Shown here: positions 1 through 11,345 of the stretch, piece by piece | Layout of the letters: each line of letters starts with the position of its first letter | Numbering within the stretch: position 1 is the first letter of the stretch | Assembly: GCF_963668215.2 (NCBI RefSeq) | Contig: NZ_CAXXDI010000001.1 | Span: 1,418,844 to 1,482,843 of the forward strand | Origin: an uncultured Desulfosarcina sp. | GTDB taxonomy: Bacteria > Desulfobacterota > Desulfobacteria > Desulfobacterales > Desulfosarcinaceae | DNA length: 64,000 nucleotides | Direction of reading: 5' to 3' | Made by a program: the position numbers and the translations under genes | The notes under the pieces: generated by a model | Told to the model about the DNA's origin: nothing | Database searches by the model: none | The model's input: only the letters and a program-made list of their open reading frames with translations

Positions 1-2
1 AA

Positions 3-2912
3 AAAGCCGTTCCTCTCGATGAACACCTGCTTCTCGTGCATCCCGAAGACCGACCGAATGTCATCCGTTTTTTCGAAAACTATATTCACAAAGACGGCAA
101 GGAAATGTATGAGGCGGAACTTCGCATCCGCCGTGCGGACGATACCTGGTGCTGGGTGCTTTCCAAAGGCAAAGCCGTCGAATGGAATGACGAGGGTCTT
201 CCGACGAAAATCATCGGTTTGGATGTGAACATTCAGTCTACCAAGGAGGCCCGAATCAAGACAGCCCAGAGCGAATCGAAATTCCGGGCCATTTTCGACC
301 ACGCCCCCTATTCCATTGCCATCAACAGCTTCGAGGATGGAACCATTATTGACGCCAATCGGGCATTTCTCGAAAGCCGGGGCCTTAATAAAGAGCAATT
401 GGGCGCTGTCCGGCCAAAGGATTACACCCTCATCACGGATGATGAAGTTGAAGCCCTCCTCCAGACACTTGCGACACAAGGCTCCCTGAAGGATATCGAA
501 GCCACGGTCCTTAAAAGTGACGGAACCCCCACCCATATCATCTACTCGTCCGTATTGCTGGAACTCGAGGGGCCCAGGCAGATTCTCTCCATGACCGTGG
601 ACATCACCAAACGGCGGCAGAAGGAAGCGGCCCTTCAGGAAAGCATGGAGCTGCTGCGGGCAACTTTCAATGCCACCACCGACGGCATCCTTGTCGTCAA
701 CAACGATTTGAAGGTCATCCAGGCCAACCGGCAGTTCTACCGAATGTGGCGGGTGCCGCCCGAACTCAAGGAAACCGATGACGAGGTCTCTCTGAGAGAG
801 TTTGTTCGAGACCAGTTGGCGGACCCGGCCGGCTTCCAGGAGACAGTCGACCGGCTCTATCACAGCGGCATCCAGGATATGTACGAAATCCCCTTTAAAG
901 ACGGGCGGGTTTTCGAATGCCATACCGCCCCTATGGTCATCAACGAAAAGGAAATCGGACGTGTATGGGATTTCCGGGATATCTCGGAGCGCAAGCGCGA
1001 GGAAGAGGCTATCGATTTTGAGCGGCGGCAATTCCTCTCCATTTTCAACAGCATCGATGAGGCCATCTATGTTTCCGACCCCGCTACCTACGAGATCATC
1101 TTCGCCAACCGGCGTCTGCGTGAACTGCTCGGCAGCGATCCGACCGGGAAGCGCTGCTACGAAACGCTCCAGGGTTTTGACCATCCCTGTAATTTCTGCA
1201 CCAACGACATCATTCTCAACAACGATGGACAGCCTTACCGGTGGGAATACCACAACGCCACGATGAACGCGGATGTCGCCATCGTCGATCAGATCATTCG
1301 CTGGCCGGACGGCCGCGATTTACGGCTGGAAATCGCGGTGGACATCACCGAGCGCAAGAGAGCCGAAGAGATGCTGCGTCTGTCCGAGGAAAAATTTTCC
1401 AAAATCTTTATGATGGCACCGGATTTCATCACGATCAGCCGCCTGGAGGATGGACTTATCGCCGATGTCAATATCGGCTTCGAGGAGACCACCGGCTGGA
1501 AAAGAGACGAGGTCATCGGGCGCACATCCGCCGACATTCAGTTCTGGTTCGACCCTTCGGAACGGGCGCGTCTGGTCCAGGATTTGATAAGCAAAAAAGA
1601 GGTATCGCATCGTGAAATTGAATTCCGGCGCAAGGACGGTACGGTTCGTACCGGCATTTACTCGGCAAGAGAAATCAGTATATCGAACGAAGGCTATCTG
1701 ATCTTCACCATGCAGGACATAACGGATTGGAAGCATCTGGAAGAGGAGCGCCGCGAACTGGAATATCAGTTGCACCAGTCCCAGAAGCTGGAGGCCATAG
1801 GCGTGCTGGCCGGCGGGGTGGCCCACGATTTCAACAACATGCTGGGGGCCATTATGGGCTATGCCGAACTGGCCATGCAAACGCTGGATGCCGCCGATCC
1901 CATGCGTAAAAATTTCAGCAAGATCCTCGACGCCGCCCAGCGTTCGGCCAATCTCACCCGTCAGCTTCTGGCCTTCGCCCGCAAGCAGACCGTGGAGCCG
2001 GTCGTGTTCGATCTCAGCGCCTCGGTTGAGGGAACGCTCAAAATGCTGCGTCGGCTGATCGGCGAAAACATCGAGTTGACCTGGAACCCATCGGCCGGTC
2101 AATGCGGCGTTAAAATGGACCCCACCCATATGGATCAGATCCTGGCCAACCTGTGCGTCAACGCCCGGGATGCCATTGCCGATGTCGGTAAAATAACCAT
2201 CCAAACCGACACCGTATCCTTCGATGAGATCTCTTGCAGTGCCTATGCCGACTGCCTGCCGGGAGAGTATGTACGGCTCTCCGTCGGAGACAACGGTTGC
2301 GGCATGGACCCGGAGACCCAGAATCACGTCTTTGAACCGTTTTATACCACTAAAGGCGTTGGACAGGGGACGGGTCTGGGGCTTGCTACGGTTTACGGCA
2401 TCGTCAAGCAGAGCGATGGATTTATCCAGCTTTCCAGCGAACCCGGCATCGGCACGACCTTCAATATCTACCTGCCCCGGAAGGCCACAAACGCCGAAGA
2501 TGAAACCGTCGCTACCGAGGAAACAATCCCTCACAGCCGGGGCGAGACGGTCCTCATGGTGGAAGACGATCCGACCATTCGGGAAATGGGACTGATGATG
2601 CTCCAGCGTCTGGGATACAACGTCCTTCCGGCGGCAACTCCGAGCGAGGCCATCCGACGGGTCGAGGAAGATGGCAGCGACATCCATCTGTTCGTCACCG
2701 ACGTGGTCATGCCCGAAATGAACGGCCGCGAACTGGCCGACCGGCTGCTGGAAGTCCGGCCGGGGATGAAGCACCTGTTCATGTCCGGTTACACAGCTGA
2801 TGTCATCGCCCATCGCGGCGTTCTGGATGAAGGGATCAACTTCATCCAGAAGCCATTTTCGCTGAAAGACCTGGCGGCCAAGATCCGGGAAGTGCTGGAC
2901 CATAATCAATGA
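3..2912 (+). CDS. Multi-PAS hybrid sensor histidine kinase/response regulator (5' end outside window)
   Basis: Frame open from base 3. Several PAS/PAC repeats, H-box [12 protein letters not shown]-boxes GQGTGLGL, C-terminal receiver (LMVEDD, TDVVMP, FIQKPF). Confidence 0.93.
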   Translation, partial: KAVPLDEHLLLVHPEDRPNVIRFFENYIHKDGKEMYEAELRIRRADDTWCWVLSKGKAVEWNDEGLPTKIIGLDVNIQSTKEARIKTAQSESKFRAIFDHAPYSIAINSFEDGTIIDANRAFLESRGLNKEQLGAVRPKDYTLITDDEVEALLQTLATQGSLKDIEATVLKSDGTPTHIIYSSVLLELEGPRQILSMTVDITKRRQKEAALQESMELLRATFNATTDGILVVNNDLKVIQANRQFYRMWRVPPELKETDDEVSLREFVRDQLADPAGFQETVDRLYHSGIQDMYEIPFKDGRVFECHTAPMVINEKEIGRVWDFRDISERKREEEAIDFERRQFLSIFNSIDEAIYVSDPATYEIIFANRRLRELLGSDPTGKRCYETLQGFDHPCNFCTNDIILNNDGQPYRWEYHNATMNADVAIVDQIIRWPDGRDLRLEIAVDITERKRAEEMLRLSEEKFSKIFMMAPDFITISRLEDGLIADVNIGFEETTGWKRDEVIGRTSADIQFWFDPSERARLVQDLISKKEVSHREIEFRRKDGTVRTGIYSAREISISNEGYLIFTMQDITDWKHLEEERRELEYQLHQSQKLEAIGVLAGGVAHDFNNMLGAIMGYAELAMQTLDAADPMRKNFSKILDAAQRSANLTRQLLAFARKQTVEPVVFDLSASVEGTLKMLRRLIGENIELTWNPSAGQCGVKMDPTHMDQILANLCVNARDAIADVGKITIQTDTVSFDEISCSAYADCLPGEYVRLSVGDNGCGMDPETQNHVFEPFYTTKGVGQGTGLGLATVYGIVKQSDGFIQLSSEPGIGTTFNIYLPRKATNAEDETVATEETIPHSRGETVLMVEDDPTIREMGLMMLQRLGYNVLPAATPSEAIRRVEEDGSDIHLFVTDVVMPEMNGRELADRLLEVRPGMKHLFMSGYTADVIAHRGVLDEGINFIQKPFSLKDLAAKIREVLDHNQ

Positions 2913-2959
2913 GACTTTCAGTCTTTCGAAACCAGATCTCCCATCTTTTTAGCGAATCG

Positions 2960-3229
2960 TCATCGGGAAGCGCTACTGTTGATTCTCCCCTGGTTGTTAC
3001 CCACCAAGTCTAATAATTTGTTTAAATACTTTAATTCTTCATGCAGTTCACTTCTGAAGCATTGAAACATGATATCTATTATGGCCAGGCGATCTGCCTG
3101 GTCGGCGGCATTGGACAACCGCCGGTCAACTTCTTCCTGAAACGCCGCCAATGGCAGAGACTGCTCAATCATTTTTTCTGATTTGGCGCTCAGCATATCG
3201 ACAATCCCCGCAAACAGATTGTTGTTCAT
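2960..3229 (-). CDS. Small hypothetical protein (89 aa) downstream of MCP
   Basis: ORF with AAGGAG about 11 nt upstream of ATG, same strand as the MCP; helical-looking sequence, no family recognised. Confidence 0.6.
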   Translation of the reverse strand: MNNNLFAGIVDMLSAKSEKMIEQSLPLAAFQEEVDRRLSNAADQADRLAIIDIMFQCFRSELHEELKYLNKLLDLVGNNQGRINSSASR

Positions 3230-3289
3230 TATTACCGAGTCTCCTTATTGAACGGTTCGGTTGGCAACCGTATTCCCATTTTATTATTT

Positions 3290-5308
3290 TTAGGATGCCC
3301 TGATTTTGAATTTTGCAACCATTCCTTGCAGACGTTCGGATAAGGATGACAGTTCCTCTGAACTCAGTCGAACCTGAGAGCTTGCGTTAGCAATTTCTTG
3401 AGAGGCCGTGTTGACTTCAACGATATCGCTCGAGATCGTACCGGAAACCGTAGAAGCCTCTGAGACGTTCTGGGTCACCTCTTGGATACCCTGGGAAGCC
3501 TGAGCCACATTGCCGGCAATCTCTTTTGTAGCAATGGATTGCTCCTCGATCGCCGATGCGATGTTTGAGACAACATCGTTTACATCGTTTATAATTTCGG
3601 TTACCTGCTTGATTTCTTCGACGGAAGTTCCCGTTGATTCCTGTATCCCTTCGATTTGTTGCCTGATTTGACCGGTAGCTTCAGCGGTTTGTCTGGCCAG
3701 TTCCTTTATCTCGTTGGCGACAACGGCGAACCCTTTCCCCGCTTCGCCGGCACGCGCAGCTTCGATCGTAGCATTGAGCGCAAGCAAATTGGTCTGCTCC
3801 GAGATATCCGTTATGGTTTCCGTTACCTTGCCAACAGACTGGGCGGCGCGCCCCAGCTGCTCCATTTTTTGCGACGCACTGGTCGTTTGGGTAACTGCTT
3901 CGGAGGAGATCGACCGGCCCTTTTCCGTATTCCGGGCAATCTCCTGGATCGTCGAACTCATCTCTTCCGCGGACGATGCGACAATGTCGACATTTTGCGA
4001 GGCTTGTTCGGCAGCTGCGGCGACCGAAGCCATATTGGCACTCATCTCTTCGGCAGCCGCGGCTACACTGGAGGACTTGCCGGCTGATTGTTCGGAGTTA
4101 GACGCCATCTGCTGAGAAATTGCGGAAAGCTCGGTAGATGATGAAGCCAAAGTTTCGATACCCGTCGTGATATCGGAAAACATCGTGTTCAAATTATCAA
4201 CCATATTTTTCATGGCGGCCAGCAGCGTTCCAATTTCATCCTTGCTGCTGACTTCAATCTCCTGGGTCAAATCACCGTCTGCGACGCGGGTTGAAATTTC
4301 GACGGCATAAGCCATCGATTTTTTAATGGTTGAGGCAATCCATAGGGCCACGACACTTCCGGCGAAAAGGGCGATGCCAAAAAATGTGTAAATAAAAACA
4401 ATGGCTCTATGGATCTGGGCTTCCATCTTGGATTTCTGATCGGTCCGGGCTACCTCACAAACTTCGCTGGCGGCTCTAGCTGCCTGCACCATCTTCTCAT
4501 CGGCGGTTTTCTGTTCTTCAATTTTTCCCAAAAATTCGGCAAACGCCTCATTGTAGATCGAGAGAGATTCCAATGCCGATTTCATTTTGGCGGCGTTCTC
4601 TGGATTGTTGAATCTGCCTTTTATATCGGCCCCCAGAGCCATTGCTTTTTCCATACCCTCGGTGATCGCATCAAGATATTTCTGCTCTCCCGAAAGAATG
4701 AGTTCCTTCTCGTTTTTGCGTATGTCCAGAAACCATTTAATCATTCGGTTGGCGTCATCCGCCTTGGCGAGTTTATCATTCAAGGCTTCCTGAAAATTCG
4801 CTTGCGTACCTGCGAAGCGATCGCTCTGTTTTACGATACCCGCCAACTGCGCTTTCTGGTCGCTGCGAATTTCCTCAAGCTTTTCGATAACATCGCGGGC
4901 TCTGGATCTCATTTGTGCCATCAACTGTGTTTTGTCTTTTTCAATCTGTGTAAAAGTGTCGAATGCCTCCTTATATTCGGTTACCTTGGCAGCGACCTGA
5001 TCCATCTGTTCTTTATTGACCTTTTGGTCGAACTTCCCCTTTGTTTCCTCCACCTGGTTGACCAGGTCGGCAATGGTTTCGTCAACTTTTTCGATATATT
5101 CGTTCTTGCCGCGAATAATAAAGTTTTTCTCATATTGACGGGCATGTTGGATCATCTTTACCATACGGTTCACATCGTCGGCTTTTTCGACACGGTCTTT
5201 GGTGCCAGACATTCCATTTTGGCCGATATAACCGACAACCACCATCAAAAACAAAACAATGCCGAAGCCAACAATAATTTTGGTAGAAATTTTCACGTCA
5301 CGCAGCAT
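3290..5308 (-). CDS. Methyl-accepting chemotaxis protein with bimodular (HBM-like) periplasmic sensor
   Basis: Two TM segments, internally repeated KADDxNRM sensor modules, HAMP, signalling hairpin [27 protein letters not shown]. Confidence 0.95.
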   Translation of the reverse strand: MLRDVKISTKIIVGFGIVLFLMVVVGYIGQNGMSGTKDRVEKADDVNRMVKMIQHARQYEKNFIIRGKNEYIEKVDETIADLVNQVEETKGKFDQKVNKEQMDQVAAKVTEYKEAFDTFTQIEKDKTQLMAQMRSRARDVIEKLEEIRSDQKAQLAGIVKQSDRFAGTQANFQEALNDKLAKADDANRMIKWFLDIRKNEKELILSGEQKYLDAITEGMEKAMALGADIKGRFNNPENAAKMKSALESLSIYNEAFAEFLGKIEEQKTADEKMVQAARAASEVCEVARTDQKSKMEAQIHRAIVFIYTFFGIALFAGSVVALWIASTIKKSMAYAVEISTRVADGDLTQEIEVSSKDEIGTLLAAMKNMVDNLNTMFSDITTGIETLASSSTELSAISQQMASNSEQSAGKSSSVAAAAEEMSANMASVAAAAEQASQNVDIVASSAEEMSSTIQEIARNTEKGRSISSEAVTQTTSASQKMEQLGRAAQSVGKVTETITDISEQTNLLALNATIEAARAGEAGKGFAVVANEIKELARQTAEATGQIRQQIEGIQESTGTSVEEIKQVTEIINDVNDVVSNIASAIEEQSIATKEIAGNVAQASQGIQEVTQNVSEASTVSGTISSDIVEVNTASQEIANASSQVRLSSEELSSLSERLQGMVAKFKIRAS

Positions 5309-5402
5309 TACAATAACTCCTCGCTTGAAAGGTTAAGTGGGTTTTACCTTTAGTGGTCGCCATTGAATCCAGGCTTTCCGTGCACATGCCATCAAGGCCA
5401 AT

Positions 5403-5418
5403 ATCAACATGCGTGCCA
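5403..5418 (-). promoter_or_regulatory. Candidate sigma54 (-24/-12) promoter of the MCP gene
   Basis: Minus strand reads TGGCAC-GCATG-TTGAT (consensus TGGCAC-N5-TTGC, with GA at -12), about 95 nt upstream of the MCP start. Confidence 0.6.
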
Positions 5419-5569
5419 GAAATCAGAAAATTTATTTATACAATATGTACAAATAGTTATATTATCTGATGCTCGAATATGGAGATGGTTGCGTCAAACC
5501 ATTCCGGAAAAGAGGAAATGTCTCGTTCCATTAAACCGGAATGAAGGGCTGGCATTCGGGTTGGATCGG

Positions 5570-6976
5570 CTAGACCGGGGATAAAGAGAGGTTATGTTTT
5601 TTCAGCAGTTCATACAATCTCGATTTCGAAAATCCGGCAAGTCGGCAGGCTTTTGTCCAATTGCCTTTGGATTCGGATAAGAGGCTCTGCAGATACGTTT
5701 TCTCTAATTGAAAACGGTAGTCCACCCATTTGACGATTTGACCATCGGAGGCAAAGCACGTTCCCGTCACCGGGAATACGCAACATTCGGGTCCGTTGCC
5801 ATGGCCAAGCTCCAACAAGGCAGCTCGGTATGCGGGCGGAAAATGTTTGGGGACCAGGGTAGGATCGGAACCGGCATTGGCAATGGAATGCTCAAGAACA
5901 TTAATCAGTTCCCGCACATTGCCGGGCCAATCATATTTACCTAAAATTTCAACAAATTCGGCGGAAACCCCCTTCGCCCCGAGGCCATTATGGTCACCAA
6001 TCTGACGAATCTTATTACAAACAATGGGTTGGATATCTTCGACGCGGTCCCGAAGAGGGGGGAGCTTAATTTCAATACCGCGTATCCGAAAAAGCAAGTC
6101 CTCGCGAAATTTCTTATCGCGGCCCCCTTTTTCCAGATCCCGATTGGTCGCAGCGACCAGACGAAAATCCACAGGCAATTCTTTTCTGCTGCCAACAGGT
6201 CTCAGGCGGCGTTCCTGCAATGTCCTTAGCAGTTTTTTTTGAACCGCCAGATCGAGTTCTCCAATTTCATCAAAAAAGAGCGTGCCCCCCTCAGCCTGAA
6301 CAATCAACCCTTCCTTGCGGTTGTCTGCTCCAGTGAAAGCGCCTTTTTCATGTCCAAACAAAGTGCTTTCCGCCAGAGTCTCCGGCAAGGCTCCGCAGTC
6401 TATGGTTACAAAGCTCTTCTCTGAACGGTTACTGTTGTTATGAATGGCTCGGGCAAACAGTTCTTTTCCGGTACCTGTCTCGCCAGTAATGAGAACATTG
6501 CTGTCTGTGACGGCCGCTTTTGCAACTTCATCCAAACAGGCGAGAATTGGCTCGGATTCTCCGATAATACCTCCTCTTTTCAGAACTGCCGGTGCTTTTC
6601 GGTCAGTTTTTTCAATACGATATTGAAGCGCACGGGTAATGTGAAGAGAAACTTCTTCAAGCAGGAAAGGCTTTCTGACATAATCCCAAGCGCCGTATTT
6701 GAATGCGATCTCGGCTGCCTTGGTATCGCCTGTGCCGGTGATGATGACCACTTCAGGCGAACTGGGCAATCGGGTCAGTTCCGGCAAAATTTCCAACCCG
6801 TTCCCTTCGGGGAAATCCAGGTCCAGCAGGATAAGGTCGAAATCGTTCTTTCTGGCCATCGATAACCCGGTCGCCAGATTGCCCGCCGAGGCAGATTCAT
6901 GCCCCATGCTTAGCATCAGATCTTCAAGAAGCAATTGGATGCTTCGATCATCGTCCAAAATCAATACGCTTGCCAT
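5570..6976 (-). CDS. Sigma54-dependent response regulator (NtrC family: REC-AAA+-HTH)
   Basis: Receiver ILDDD/LLDL, Walker A GETGTGKE, GAFTGA motif, Walker B FFDEIGE, C-terminal Fis-type HTH. Confidence 0.95.
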   Translation of the reverse strand: MASVLILDDDRSIQLLLEDLMLSMGHESASAGNLATGLSMARKNDFDLILLDLDFPEGNGLEILPELTRLPSSPEVVIITGTGDTKAAEIAFKYGAWDYVRKPFLLEEVSLHITRALQYRIEKTDRKAPAVLKRGGIIGESEPILACLDEVAKAAVTDSNVLITGETGTGKELFARAIHNNSNRSEKSFVTIDCGALPETLAESTLFGHEKGAFTGADNRKEGLIVQAEGGTLFFDEIGELDLAVQKKLLRTLQERRLRPVGSRKELPVDFRLVAATNRDLEKGGRDKKFREDLLFRIRGIEIKLPPLRDRVEDIQPIVCNKIRQIGDHNGLGAKGVSAEFVEILGKYDWPGNVRELINVLEHSIANAGSDPTLVPKHFPPAYRAALLELGHGNGPECCVFPVTGTCFASDGQIVKWVDYRFQLEKTYLQSLLSESKGNWTKACRLAGFSKSRLYELLKKHNLSLSPV

Positions 6977-7156
6977 TGTTTTACCGTTTCTTGTCCTGCA
7001 TGGAGCTTGCAGGAGCCATTTTGTTCAACACGAATCTCATGCACTTCGCCAGTTCATTTTCCGTTGCCGGTTTTGGCAAGACCGCCTTGATACTAATCTC
7101 CTTCGCGCTCATTCCTTCGAGGTTTCGGTTTTTCTACTGTTTTTTTCTGTGATACC

Positions 7157-8746
7157 CTAAGATGCTATACGGGGCAGAAAAACATGAAATGCGGTTCCAT
7201 GATCGGGTTCGCTGCGGATAAAAATTTGCCCGCCGTGCCTTTTTACAAGACCGTGAACGACAGACAACCCCAGACCGGTTCCCTCGCTTCTGTTTTTCGT
7301 TGTAAAATAGGGATCGAAAACCTTATCTATCGTCACATTGTCCATCCCATAGCCCGTATCGCTAATCCCCAGATGAATATAGTCCCCGGGGGCAATGGCG
7401 AACCCAGGATGAAAATCGCTCGGTCCGATTTCAACCTCCTTCAGGGAAATGGTTATTCTCCCCCCTTTGTCTCCAATCGCCTGGTATGCGTTCGTACAAA
7501 GGTTCATCACAATCTGATGAATTTGAACCCGATCGGCCAGGATGCGGCCGCATGAAGAGGCGATTTCCTCATGGATCTCTATATTTGTGGGAATCGACGC
7601 CCGAAGGAATTTGATGACTTCCTTGATGAGAATGCTTACCTGGACTGGCCTGAATTCCTGTTCAGACGTTTTGCTGAACGCAAGAATATTGTTGATAAGG
7701 TCTCGAGCCCTCATTCCTCCTTGCAACACCACTTCAAGCCTTCCTGCGATGGGGCTGTCGGGCGGCAGATCTCTTAAACTAAGTTGCGTAAATCCAATCA
7801 TGGAAGTTAAGATATTATTGAAATCATGGGCGATTCCACCTGCCAAAGTCCCGATCGCCTCCAGCTTCTGGGCTTGGAGAAGCCGGCGTTTTGTTTCTTC
7901 CTTTTCGATTTCTGTCTCTTTGAGTTGCGTGACATCCTGACAGGTTCCAATTATCCGGATCGGTTGGTTATTTTCATTATATTCGATATGGCCTATTGCA
8001 TGAATATACTTGATTCTTTCATCCGGCAGCAGAATTCGATGGACATGATCGATCGCGGTACCCTTTCCCATGGCAGCGGCAATCGAATCCTCAACCTTTT
8101 TTCTGTCCCCCGGGTGGACACGTTCAAAAAAGGATTCCAAAGATCCATCGAATTGCTTTTTATCGAACTCAAAAATCCTGAACATTTCCTCCGACCAGAC
8201 GGGCTTTTTACTGTCAGGTACGAACTCCCAATGACCCAGTCTAGCGATTCGCTGGGCTTCCCGATGCAATCGTTCTCTCTTTATTAAGGCTGATTCGGTC
8301 TGTTTACGTGCAGTTATATCTTCAATCGTACCGTCAATCTGAAATGGGTTCCCTTGACTGTCCCGAATCAACTGCAGCGCCATGTTCATAAACAGCGGCG
8401 AACCGTCGCGTTTTTTACCTTCCAGTTCCAGACCGGAAATCCGATCCTCTTTGATCAGTTTGATCAGCATCTGTTCCCGGATCCAGGGCTGATGGTAAAT
8501 GTCAATGACTGGCGCCTTTAACAAAGACGCAACGGATGGATAGCCTAGCAATTTTGCCAAAGCGGAATTGGCCATAACAAATTTGCCGTTACCTTTTACA
8601 CTTGTTCTGAACATGCCCACAGGCTGGTTCTCAATAAACTGGCGATACCAGGTTTCGCTCCCCTTAAAGGATTGCTCAGCTTCCTTTTCATCAGGGATGC
8701 CCTGTCCGACAGCCGGTGCATCATTTGTTATTTCTTCATTTTTCAT
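7157..8746 (-). CDS. Cytoplasmic PAS-PAS sensor histidine kinase
   Basis: Two PAS/PAC domains, GGIAHDFNNIL H-box, GTGLGLSVV; no receiver; lies directly upstream of the NtrC-type regulator. Confidence 0.92.
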   Translation of the reverse strand: MKNEEITNDAPAVGQGIPDEKEAEQSFKGSETWYRQFIENQPVGMFRTSVKGNGKFVMANSALAKLLGYPSVASLLKAPVIDIYHQPWIREQMLIKLIKEDRISGLELEGKKRDGSPLFMNMALQLIRDSQGNPFQIDGTIEDITARKQTESALIKRERLHREAQRIARLGHWEFVPDSKKPVWSEEMFRIFEFDKKQFDGSLESFFERVHPGDRKKVEDSIAAAMGKGTAIDHVHRILLPDERIKYIHAIGHIEYNENNQPIRIIGTCQDVTQLKETEIEKEETKRRLLQAQKLEAIGTLAGGIAHDFNNILTSMIGFTQLSLRDLPPDSPIAGRLEVVLQGGMRARDLINNILAFSKTSEQEFRPVQVSILIKEVIKFLRASIPTNIEIHEEIASSCGRILADRVQIHQIVMNLCTNAYQAIGDKGGRITISLKEVEIGPSDFHPGFAIAPGDYIHLGISDTGYGMDNVTIDKVFDPYFTTKNRSEGTGLGLSVVHGLVKRHGGQIFIRSEPDHGTAFHVFLPRIAS

Positions 8747-9015
8747 TTTGTAAACAAACCCCGATCAGAATGTGCTTAAATTCGGCTGAACCGAATAAAA
8801 ATCTATAGGATATAAATGGATACAGATTTGTTTCCGAATCATTGCCAGAAATATATTTTTCCTCAATCTTTTGATGAAACGAGAAAAGAGTAAATATCAG
8901 GAAAGCTTCTTTTCGTAAAGGTGTGCATCAGGGGAAAATCAAGCTTTCATTCATGGGAAAAGCCGTTTTCTCCCTTGCGGAGGGGAACGATTCAAATCGT
9001 AGCATTTTGGATGCG

Positions 9016-9046
9016 CCCGCCGGCCGATTGGGTTCCGGCCGGCGGG
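9016..9046. terminator. GC-rich hairpin downstream of MCP gene
   Basis: CCCGCCGGCC / GGCCGGCGGG 10-bp perfect stem with 11-nt loop; no clear U-tract. Confidence 0.5.
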
Positions 9047-9124
9047 TGAGCATACATCAAGATCAGGCAGGGTTAAAAACGTAAGCAATCATTATGATTT
9101 GCAATAGTAAGCTTCCTATAGAAC

Positions 9125-11128
9125 TTAAACCTTGAACTGTTCCACCATCCCCTTGAGGCTTTCCGCCAGTTTGGACAGTTCTTGAGCGCTGAGGTTGACC
9201 TGGCTGCTGCTGGTGGACATCTCGTCCATAGAAACACTCACGCCGGCAATGTCCCCGGAAATCTCACCGGCCACCGTGGAACTCTGGTTGACGTTTTCGT
9301 TGACCTCCTGGATGCCCTGGGAGGCCTGGGCCACGTTGGTGGCAATCTCCCTGGTGGCCGCCGACTGCTGTTCCACGGCCGTGGCGATGTTGGCCACTAC
9401 GTCGTTGACATCGTTGATCACCTGGGTGATTTCGGCAATCTGGCCCACGGTAGTCGATGTGGTTCCCTGGATGCCTTCGATCTTGTCCTTGATATCCTGG
9501 GTGGCCTCGGCAGTCTGCTTGGCCAGTTCCTTGATCTCGTTGGCCACCACGGCAAAGCCCTTGCCGGCCTCGCCGGCCCGGGCCGCCTCGATGGTGGCGT
9601 TGAGGGCCAGCAGGTTGACCTGCTCGCTGATGTCCGTGATGGTCTCGATCACTTTGCCAATGGAGTTGGCGGCGTTGCCCAACTGGTCCATATTGTTGGA
9701 GGCAGTGGAGGCCTTATGGGCCGCTTCGTCGGAAATGCCGCGTGCTTTTTCGGCGTTCTGGGCGATTTCGCCGATGGTAGCGGACATCTCTTCCGAGGCG
9801 GTGGCCACCATGTTGGTGTTGGTGGCGGACTGTTCCATGGCGGCGGCCACATTGTTCATGTTGGCGCTCATCTCCTCAGCCGCGGCCGAGACGGTGTTGG
9901 ACTTGTCGGTGACATTCTGGATGCCCTGGGTCATCTGCTCGGAGATGGCGGACAGCTCGGTGGAGGAGGAGGAGAGGGTTTCGACCCCGCCGGCGATATC
10001 CTTGATGATGCCCTGGAGTTTCTCGATGAAAGTGTTAAACCAGCGGGCCAGTTCGCCGACTTCGTCCTTGGTCGTGGCCTCCAGGCGCATGGTAAGGTCG
10101 CCTTCACCCTGGGCGATGTCCTTGAGACCGGCAACGGCGGCATTGATGGGTTTGACGATGGCCCGGGCGGAGAAGAAAACGAGGACGGCGACGATCAGGC
10201 CGGCCACAACCGCAATGACGATATTGGCGTTGCGGATGGCGTTGGAGGCGGCCAGAAACTCCGCAGCATCCTGGGTGGCACCGATAGACCAGCCGTTGAC
10301 GCCCACCGGGGCAAACCCGGCAATTTTTGGCGTACCCTGGAACACATATTCCTCTACACCGGCTTCGCCGGCCTGCATGCGCTTCATTATCACGTTCATT
10401 TCTTTAATGTTGTTGAAATTGGTCTTTAGTATATTGTCGGATTTTGGATGGGCAATGCACAGACCGTCTCCGGCGGTCATGAAACCATAGCCAGTTTCTC
10501 CGACTTTTCGATTGGCGATCAGATCGGTAAAATACTCGGCCTTGATAACTGTACCCAAAGCGCCTAAAAACTCTCCATTCTTCGATTTGATGGCTGCACA
10601 AGCTATGGCAACTGGTTTACCGGTGGCCTTGGAAACCGTCATTTCACTGATTACGGCACCGCTGCTCTGTTTGGCTCTTGGGAAATAATCACTGTTGGAA
10701 ATATCGATTCCCTTGTATACGCTGCCGTTCTCCAGCACGCCGTTATAGATGTTGCCGTTGACATCGGCGATGAAAACGCCCTGGTACTGGCTTCCCATCC
10801 TTGAGAACTGATTTTTGATGGCATTGAAGACACCCTCCACCTGATCTGCGGCAGCATCAACACCGTATGTTTTTACGGATTCGGCCAGATCGATGACCCG
10901 TTTCTGGGAGGCCATGGACGCAGCTTTGGTCATTTCGGAATCCAATATGCTTTTTGTCATACGCGCCAGATCCGATGCGATGCCCGAGGCCTGATGTTTG
11001 GATAGATCCATGAGCGCGGTCTTCGCTTTTGAGAATGATAAATAGCCCACGATAATCAGGGGGACCAGCACCGCCGTGACACCGCCGAGAATCAGTTTGG
11101 AAGAGATGGAATGCAGATTGATTTTCAT
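9125..11128 (-). CDS. Methyl-accepting chemotaxis protein with dCache sensor
   Basis: TM-dCache (YFPRAK, GETGYGF, IAHP)-TM-HAMP and [25 protein letters not shown] hairpin. Confidence 0.95.
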   Translation of the reverse strand: MKINLHSISSKLILGGVTAVLVPLIIVGYLSFSKAKTALMDLSKHQASGIASDLARMTKSILDSEMTKAASMASQKRVIDLAESVKTYGVDAAADQVEGVFNAIKNQFSRMGSQYQGVFIADVNGNIYNGVLENGSVYKGIDISNSDYFPRAKQSSGAVISEMTVSKATGKPVAIACAAIKSKNGEFLGALGTVIKAEYFTDLIANRKVGETGYGFMTAGDGLCIAHPKSDNILKTNFNNIKEMNVIMKRMQAGEAGVEEYVFQGTPKIAGFAPVGVNGWSIGATQDAAEFLAASNAIRNANIVIAVVAGLIVAVLVFFSARAIVKPINAAVAGLKDIAQGEGDLTMRLEATTKDEVGELARWFNTFIEKLQGIIKDIAGGVETLSSSSTELSAISEQMTQGIQNVTDKSNTVSAAAEEMSANMNNVAAAMEQSATNTNMVATASEEMSATIGEIAQNAEKARGISDEAAHKASTASNNMDQLGNAANSIGKVIETITDISEQVNLLALNATIEAARAGEAGKGFAVVANEIKELAKQTAEATQDIKDKIEGIQGTTSTTVGQIAEITQVINDVNDVVANIATAVEQQSAATREIATNVAQASQGIQEVNENVNQSSTVAGEISGDIAGVSVSMDEMSTSSSQVNLSAQELSKLAESLKGMVEQFKV

Positions 11129-11249
11129 GGCAAATGCTCCTTTGAAGGTGGTAATTACGTTCCTGGCACAGCCGGATCAAACGATGTCCGATTTATCTGG
11201 CTTCCTGTTCAGACTGGCAGATTTGATTCGGTTGTACCCAACGCTTTTT

Positions 11250-11277
11250 CCATCGACGGTAGGATTAAAATACTTGA
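11250..11277 (-). promoter_or_regulatory. Possible sigma28 (FliA) promoter for MCP
   Basis: Minus strand TCAAG-N15-GTCGATGG resembles TAAAG-N15-GCCGATAA; about 120 nt upstream of an MCP start. Confidence 0.35.
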
Positions 11278-11297
11278 TGAGGAATTGGGGAGGGCAA

Positions 11298-11320
11298 AGG
11301 GAGGGCACAAACCCCTCCCT
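11298..11320 (-). terminator. Intrinsic terminator after PAS-LuxR gene
   Basis: AGGGAGGG/CCCTCCCT stem followed on the minus strand by TTT, about 25 nt after the stop at 11346. Confidence 0.6.
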
Positions 11321-11345
11321 TAATTGAACAGGCGTGGTAGATCGA

